Shown piece by piece: positions 42,567 through 48,493 of a stretch of 48,493 nt of DNA. The DNA lies in NCBI GenBank assembly GCA_027021785.1, contig JALUTR010000145.1, positions 1 to 48,493 of the forward strand, read 5' to 3'. A model generated the notes under the pieces. The model was not told the origin of the DNA. It ran no database searches and saw only the letters and a program-made list of their open reading frames with translations. Positions within the stretch are counted from its first letter, which is position 1, and every line of letters starts with the position of its first letter. The position numbers were made by a program, and so were the translations under genes. The stretch comes from Fidelibacterota bacterium. GTDB taxonomy: Bacteria > Fidelibacterota > Marinisomatia > Marinisomatales > JAADGP01.

Positions 42567-43865
42567 GTGAATCCTCGAATTACATTAGTTGGCGCCGGGA
42601 GCGCGACTTTCGGTCTTGGTACCATCGGCGACATTATTAATAACAAGGCCCTGGAGGGTAGCACTATCGTGCTCCACGATATTGATTCCGGCGCTTTGGA
42701 TCGTATCGCCAATATCTCCAAACAATATATTCAGGAGAAAGGCTTCCCATATAAATTGGAAGCAACCCTGTCCCGGGATGAAGCTTTGCAGGACGCTGAC
42801 TTTATTATCATTTCTATCGAAGTCGGTGATCGCTTTGCTCTTTGGGAACAGGATTGGCAGATTCCCCTGAAGTACGGTATCAAACAGGTTTATGGGGAAA
42901 ACGGAGGCCCGGGGGGTATTTTCCATGCCTTACGGATCATTCCGCCTGTTTTGGATATTTGTGAGGACATCCAAAACATTTGCCCGGAAGCCCTGATTAT
43001 TAATTTCAGTAACCCAATGACCAAGATTGTCCACGCGGTTCGCACGCGCTACCCGGACCTGAATTTCGTGGGGTTATGCCACGAAGTAGCGTCCCTGGTG
43101 GAACATTTACCGAAATTGCTGAACGTGCCGTTTTCCGACTTGTCTATTCGCGCGGGCGGCCTGAATCATTGCAGTATTCTGGTGGAAGCCACGTACCGGG
43201 ATTCCGGGAAGGATGCCTATCCGGATATCCTTGAAAAGGGCCCCGATTATTTTTTAACGGCGCCGGCCTCCTTCAATCATATTGGTGAGCGGTCCTTGTT
43301 CTTGGAAATCCTGCGCCGGTTTCAGGTTCTGCCGATTACCACCGACAGTCATATCGGTGAATATATCCAGTGGGCATGGGACGTTGCGGATCATGACGGG
43401 ATTCGGCTGTTTTATGACACATATAAGAAATCTATGCTTTCGAGAAAAGGTCTTCCGATCGAACTATTGGAACATGGCATGGATGAAAAAGAATATTGGC
43501 GGGTAGTGCCTATCATCGCGGGGATTCTCACGGATTCCGGCCACGAAGAGCTGGCCGTGAATATTCCGAATGATGGATTTATTGACGCATTGCCACGGAA
43601 TCAGATTGTGGAAGTGCCGGCGGTAATAGACCGGAACGGTATTCATGGGATTAAACTTGATCCTTATCCCCCAGCGTTCGCGGGTCTGCTCAAAAACCAG
43701 GTGGCGGTCCACGACCAGTTAACCGAAGCGGTTCTCACGGGATCAAAACAAGCCGTGTTGCAAACCTTACTTGTCGACCCGGTAGTGGACCGGATACAGT
43801 CCCTGGAGGAGATGCTGGACACCATGCTGGCTTTGCAGAAACCGTATTTGGATTATGTAAAATAA
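42567..43865 (+). CDS. GH4 NAD+-dependent alpha-galactosidase/alpha-glucosidase
   Basis: VGAGS, ENGGPGG, NFSNP, GLCH, GLNH, VEVP; GTG 42567 follows AAAGGA. Confidence 0.92.
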   Translation: MNPRITLVGAGSATFGLGTIGDIINNKALEGSTIVLHDIDSGALDRIANISKQYIQEKGFPYKLEATLSRDEALQDADFIIISIEVGDRFALWEQDWQIPLKYGIKQVYGENGGPGGIFHALRIIPPVLDICEDIQNICPEALIINFSNPMTKIVHAVRTRYPDLNFVGLCHEVASLVEHLPKLLNVPFSDLSIRAGGLNHCSILVEATYRDSGKDAYPDILEKGPDYFLTAPASFNHIGERSLFLEILRRFQVLPITTDSHIGEYIQWAWDVADHDGIRLFYDTYKKSMLSRKGLPIELLEHGMDEKEYWRVVPIIAGILTDSGHEELAVNIPNDGFIDALPRNQIVEVPAVIDRNGIHGIKLDPYPPAFAGLLKNQVAVHDQLTEAVLTGSKQAVLQTLLVDPVVDRIQSLEEMLDTMLALQKPYLDYVK

Positions 43866-44037
43866 AGAGCCAAGAACCAAGAGCCAAGAGCCAAGAGCCA
43901 AGAGCTCCCGGCAGACATCGGGAAGCGGAGCGAAAACACGGCGAATGTCGGAAAACTCGATTGAGCCCGGCAAAGAACCGTAAGTCGGGCATCCCTATTG
44001 TAATACGAATGCTCCGGGCTTCCGCACGCCACCCATA
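43865..44037 (-). repeat. Composite element copy C with about 6 AAGAGCC units
   Basis: Array 43865-43905; on the minus strand it reads tatgggtgg...ttccgacattcgccg...ttcgctccgcttcccgatgtctgccgggag-ctcttggc. Confidence 0.8.
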
Positions 44038-44103
44038 AAATGTTGCGATTTCAACTCTGCTCTAAGAATGTAATCGATTTTTTCATACATAATGCCCCTG
44101 TGG

Positions 44104-44125
44104 TCCTCTTTTCCTTAAAAGAGGA
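44104..44125. terminator. Hairpin between convergent genes
   Basis: tcctctttt-cctt-aaaagagga perfect 9-bp stem. Confidence 0.35.
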
Positions 44126-44209
44126 GAGGACGATACCTCCGGCAAGTAATCCGGCGGATCGTTTGTTAAGTTAACAGCGGAATACAGGGAGGACGAAATT
44201 CAGTTGAAA

Positions 44210-45835
44210 TCAGCCCCTGAAGTAGATCCAGATCGCGAATACGGTTAAACTGAGAAGGACCGAAAGTATTACATCCCGTCTTCGCCAAAGCGGATCGTAT
44301 TCCAGTTCAGCCGTCTTCAAAGTGGTCGCGTACGTCAGGTTCTTAAGTTTTTCATCCGAGGGTTGCGGCGCTGATAAACTCACAACAATCAGAACGACCG
44401 AGCAAACGATGAATAAGAACACCGCAAAATGCAAAAAGTTGATATCGGCATAATTGTACAACAGTCCGCTTAATTGGTCCTTGTTGATTTCGGCAACGAG
44501 GCGCCCGATTCCGAGGATGAATCCCACGATCAGGGAAGCCATGGCGCCGCGGCCATTCAACCGCTTGATGAAAAGGCCTAACAGGAAAACGGCGGCAATG
44601 GGCGGCGAAATATAAGCCTGGACACTCTGGAGGTATTTGTACAACTGACCGGAAATGGATTTAATGAACGGGATCCATAACAGCCCCAGGATAACAAGCA
44701 GACCGGTTGCTATTTGTCCCACCAGGACCAGACGCTTTTCGGATGTTTTCGGTTTAAATTTTTTGTAAACATCCAGGGCGATCAAGGTGGAGCAACTGTT
44801 AAAGACCGAGGACAGGGAACTCATCAAGGCGGCCAGTAGGCCGGCCACGACCAGGCCCCGGAAACCTACCGGAAGCAGAGCGCCAACGAGTGCCGGTAAG
44901 GCGGCGTCGGCATGATCCAGTTTGATTTGCCCTGTTTGCGCCAGGGAATAAGCGATTACGCCGGGAATCACGAAAATAAAAAGCGGTAATACTTTCAGGA
45001 ATCCACCGAAAATCGCGCCGCGCCGCGCCTGATCCTGGTTTTTAGCAGAGAGCACACGTTGAACAATAAATTGGTCCGTGCACCAATACCAGACACCCAA
45101 AATAGGAGCGCCGAACAGGATGCCGGTCCAGGGGAAATCGGGGTCGGACATGGGTTTCCACATATTGAAAAAACTGCTTCCGGCAATTTCGTACATCTCG
45201 TTCCAACCGCCGAGAGCGTTGAGTCCGATAACTGTGACCGTGACCGAGCCGGCGATCAGGACAAAAGTTTGCATCATGTCGGTAAAAATAACCGCCCGCA
45301 GGCCGCCGAAAATGGTGTAAATCCCGGTGGCAACAACCACAATAAAAGCGCCCGTCCAGAAATTGATTCCCAGTAAGGTTTCAAAAACAATCCCGCCGGC
45401 CGCGATGGTAACCGATATTTTCGTGAGCACATAACCGATAATGGATATCCAGGTAAGATAGGTACGCGCCCCGGGAGAATACCGGCGCTCTAAGAATTCG
45501 GGCATGGTATAAACCTGGCTTTTTAAATAGAAAGGTACGAACACCCAACCCAGAATCAGCAATATGAAGGAAGCGAGGATTTCAAATTGGGCGACCGCCA
45601 CGCCGCTGGCAGCGCCGGTTCCGGCCAACCCTACTAAGTGTTCGGAGCCAATATTGGAAGCAAAAAGTGAGGCGCCGATTACAAACCAGCCCACGTTACG
45701 GCCGGCCAGAAAATAGCCGGACGAAGTTTCGCGGGTGGATTTCTCGCGAAACGCGGCCCACCAGGCGATTAGAAATACGATGATGAAATATAACAGGATA
45801 ATAAAATAATCAATATTCCCCAGAATTTTTGGCAT
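44210..45835 (-). CDS. Na+/glucose(galactose) symporter (SSS, SGLT-like)
   Basis: YFLAGR, SLFASNIGSEH, WYWCTDQFIVQR; GAAGGAGG RBS before ATG 45835. Confidence 0.93.
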   Translation of the reverse strand: MPKILGNIDYFIILLYFIIVFLIAWWAAFREKSTRETSSGYFLAGRNVGWFVIGASLFASNIGSEHLVGLAGTGAASGVAVAQFEILASFILLILGWVFVPFYLKSQVYTMPEFLERRYSPGARTYLTWISIIGYVLTKISVTIAAGGIVFETLLGINFWTGAFIVVVATGIYTIFGGLRAVIFTDMMQTFVLIAGSVTVTVIGLNALGGWNEMYEIAGSSFFNMWKPMSDPDFPWTGILFGAPILGVWYWCTDQFIVQRVLSAKNQDQARRGAIFGGFLKVLPLFIFVIPGVIAYSLAQTGQIKLDHADAALPALVGALLPVGFRGLVVAGLLAALMSSLSSVFNSCSTLIALDVYKKFKPKTSEKRLVLVGQIATGLLVILGLLWIPFIKSISGQLYKYLQSVQAYISPPIAAVFLLGLFIKRLNGRGAMASLIVGFILGIGRLVAEINKDQLSGLLYNYADINFLHFAVFLFIVCSVVLIVVSLSAPQPSDEKLKNLTYATTLKTAELEYDPLWRRRDVILSVLLSLTVFAIWIYFRG

Positions 45836-46119
45836 GCTCAACCCTCCTTCAAGACCGTTTAATAACCATTAATGAAAAAATTTGGTATCTGAACAAAACC
45901 CGTCTTATTCTCACTGTTGATCAGACAGCGCCTTTCATCGTGAACGAGTACGCGCATTCGTTCCCCGCTCCCGGGATAACCCGGAGCCAAAGACCAAATA
46001 CGACCAGCGAATAAGCAACGACAATTCGGTTTCACAAGAATTTGACCCCGATTCTATCGGCCTTTCCTGCATTTTGCGGCATTGCCGACGGTGAATAAAG
46101 CCACAAAAATCTTTCCGCT

Positions 46120-48492
46120 TTAATTCGGGGTACGCTCGAGCAAATATTGTACTGCCAGATCCGTGAGGTTCCATAGTTGTATATCGGAGGTGGTTGGATA
46201 ACGGGCCGGCAAAAGTTTATTATCAACGATCCGGTAGCTCCATAATTCGTTATGCTTAAGCCCTGATGCTTCCACGGCGGTGAGAGTCTTGTTCAGGATG
46301 GCGCGTAATTCGCGGACATACGAGTCCAGATTCGGATTTCGGATTTGGCCGGTGGAGTCATAAGCAGCCCGGATTTGTTTGGCCAGTCCCAGGAACAACA
46401 GGTTCACCTCGCGACCCCAAATGACCCGTGGGGAATGGTAAATATCGCGGCGGAAATTTTCCCACACTTCAGGAGACGCGTAGGTGTCGTTTGCCACTAC
46501 GGGTCCGATACCTTTCAGGTACAGACCAACCGGATAGGGAACGATAAAAATTTTCAGGCGCTCGATTACATCTCCGGGTTCCATTGTCCCGTTTAGAATT
46601 TTCATTGTTGGTTCTTCAAGGAACAGCCAGGTTGCAATATCCGTATTGGCTACCGGAATCGGTCGGCCTTTGGCGTCCAGCGCCAGGGCCGGAAAATCGA
46701 TTCCTTTTTTACCGGCCCGGTTTTTCGCGATTACTTTCTTCCAGTAAATTCGCTCTTTCCTGGGAAGCCATTTCAATTTTGCGCGAACTTTTTTTCGCAC
46801 CTCCCGTGCGCTCAGATGTACTTCGAAGTGTTTTTCGGCGCCCCGCCAGGTTTTTATCGCCCGGCGCAGGGCTTCGGGGTCCCGGGCGTATCTCCAGAGA
46901 CTTGTTCCATCGATTTCGGGCGTAAATGTTCGGAGGTCAGCCGTGGAAATACCGATCTCGCGGAGGGCGGAAAATATCTGTTCAACGGACTCCAACGCTT
47001 TGGGAACCCAGACAGCGTTGATGTCCATCGCGAAGCGGCCGTTGGCATAACCGGCCCCGCTGTCCCGCCAACTACCGGAAGACCAGCGTGTCGCATCGAT
47101 TTTGGGAAAGCTGATCAAATTTTCGGCGACCGGTTGATCGACATAAGCTTGTGTTGTTCGCGACACATAAAGGAGATTCCGCAGCAACAAGGTTAATCGT
47201 AAGGTTTCATTCCCTTGACCTACCGTGGATTCCAGGAAGGCGCGTTTGCGACTGCCGGGAATATCCGGTCTGGTGAGGTAGTGGGCGGTAAGGACGGGCA
47301 GTTGAAAATCGTCATCGACCATGCGATAATTTTCCGTCACCTTTTGAAGGTCTCCGAGCAGGCTTTTGGCTTTGGAAAGCGCCTGGCCGGCCCGGGTCTC
47401 ATCTTTCTGTTTTTGCCACTGTAAATATTCCCGGATGAGTTTATTGTACCGGGCGGCATTCTCACGGATTGCCTGTCCCCCAAGGCCTTCTTCATGACTG
47501 ACCTCTCCCGTGGGCGTCAATTTTCTGAGAACACTTACGATAACGTGCTCGAGCATCGCCGGCGTCCAAACCGGTTCCAGCATGAGCGCCGACATCATCA
47601 TGTCACGGCCGAAGTAGGTCGCGAAATTGGGCATCCCGGCCATGAGTTTCTCTTTCGAACTTAAAAGTTCCATGCTTTTTACCTGGCGGTCCAGGCGTTT
47701 GAAGCGTAACCAGCGATCATCGTTGGTGATGTCTTCTCCGGTCGTTCCGGCGCTGCGCGACAAACTGTCGTATTCGGCTTTGACGCTCTCGAAAAAGTTC
47801 ATGAAATCCCTGTTAAAGATATCATCACGCCACAAAGGCGTGAGGGAGGGAGAATCCGTCCCTATTTTAATGGTCAGCCGGATCGGTTGACCCCGGAGGG
47901 AACGGATGGAAATTTTGTTTTGTGAGGCAACGATAGCCGCCTGACTGCTGTCAATAGTCAGCGTAATCGATAAATGGTTTTTTCCGTCGAAGGTCGGTTG
48001 TTGAACCAGTACTTGTGACGTTGATCGGCGTTTTATTTCCGGAACCAGTCGTGAGCGGAGTTCTTCCGGCGTTTTCGCTCTGAGTAATGCAAGGTGGCGA
48101 TCACGCACGTTTGCCGGTAGTTGTTCGAGGTTGTCGATCAGATCGGTAAGTTCATTCATAATGAAGGGTTCGGAATCGAAGGGAAGGGTGTGCCGGTTTT
48201 GATATCCGAAATCCCGTTCAAAGCGCATCGTATTCAGGATAAAAAGTCCCATATCCAGCGCCGGCGCTTCCGACAATAATTCGTATTGAACGTACCGGGT
48301 TGTTCCTTCCGAAAGCATCTCGGCCCCCTGAGAACCCCACCGTAGTTTCGCCGGTCGGCCCGTTGTGTCGCGGGCCGTGAAGGACATGCTCTCATTGGCC
48401 GCGTCGGCCCAGATATTCATGACCCGACCGGTGTTTTGGTTGAGTGATATCTGGACGGTGTTGCCCTCGGAATCTCTGAAGAAGCGCGTGGT
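46120..48492 (-). CDS. Hypothetical protein with glycogen-debranching/(alpha/alpha)6 glycosidase-like motifs (5' truncated)
   Basis: AGMPNFATYFGRD, VSHEE, MVDDD, SWRDS; frame stays open past 48420 to the window end (TTRFFRDSEGNT...). Confidence 0.65.
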   Translation of the reverse strand, partial: TTRFFRDSEGNTVQISLNQNTGRVMNIWADAANESMSFTARDTTGRPAKLRWGSQGAEMLSEGTTRYVQYELLSEAPALDMGLFILNTMRFERDFGYQNRHTLPFDSEPFIMNELTDLIDNLEQLPANVRDRHLALLRAKTPEELRSRLVPEIKRRSTSQVLVQQPTFDGKNHLSITLTIDSSQAAIVASQNKISIRSLRGQPIRLTIKIGTDSPSLTPLWRDDIFNRDFMNFFESVKAEYDSLSRSAGTTGEDITNDDRWLRFKRLDRQVKSMELLSSKEKLMAGMPNFATYFGRDMMMSALMLEPVWTPAMLEHVIVSVLRKLTPTGEVSHEEGLGGQAIRENAARYNKLIREYLQWQKQKDETRAGQALSKAKSLLGDLQKVTENYRMVDDDFQLPVLTAHYLTRPDIPGSRKRAFLESTVGQGNETLRLTLLLRNLLYVSRTTQAYVDQPVAENLISFPKIDATRWSSGSWRDSGAGYANGRFAMDINAVWVPKALESVEQIFSALREIGISTADLRTFTPEIDGTSLWRYARDPEALRRAIKTWRGAEKHFEVHLSAREVRKKVRAKLKWLPRKERIYWKKVIAKNRAGKKGIDFPALALDAKGRPIPVANTDIATWLFLEEPTMKILNGTMEPGDVIERLKIFIVPYPVGLYLKGIGPVVANDTYASPEVWENFRRDIYHSPRVIWGREVNLLFLGLAKQIRAAYDSTGQIRNPNLDSYVRELRAILNKTLTAVEASGLKHNELWSYRIVDNKLLPARYPTTSDIQLWNLTDLAVQYLLERTPN

Positions 48493-48493
48493 A

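Noticed and set aside
43735-43992. Minus-strand ORFs over the GH4 3' end
   Set aside because: Heptamer-array translations overlapping a real gene.
45842-46119. Possible riboswitch/leader before the SSS gene
   Set aside because: Only a short GC hairpin; no recognisable aptamer consensus.

Overview
Bacterial chromosomal window of a diderm LPS producer. Gene content and protein style suggest an FCB-group organism such as Marinimicrobia, but this is inference. The left half (1-24.3 kb) is housekeeping and envelope: CCA-adding enzyme (5' truncated), DUF2089-like regulator plus YbjQ, a Yip1-TolC-MFP-ABC-2x permease exporter, gatC-kdsB-pyrG-kdsA-kdsC-lptC-lptB-rpoN, hflKC, hslVU, argF, and a minus-strand lpxH-HEAT lipoprotein-hypothetical operon. 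The right half (24.5-48.5 kb) is a carbohydrate island. It holds an Lrp/AsnC regulator, three Na+/solute symporters, a GDPD lipoprotein, a beta-PGM-GH65 fusion and a P-loop kinase. It also holds a DoxX-Gfo-MFS-Gfo-[TIM barrel+DUF1080] 3-keto-glycoside-type operon, GH3, GH4 and a truncated (alpha/alpha)6-like hypothetical. Intergenic spaces carry two heptamer tandem-repeat families (AAGAGCC, TGAAACG), REP-like palindromes, a three-copy composite element and a ~180-nt foldback. No rRNA, tRNA, CRISPR array or transposase was recognised. All calls come from motif reading by eye; no searches were run.
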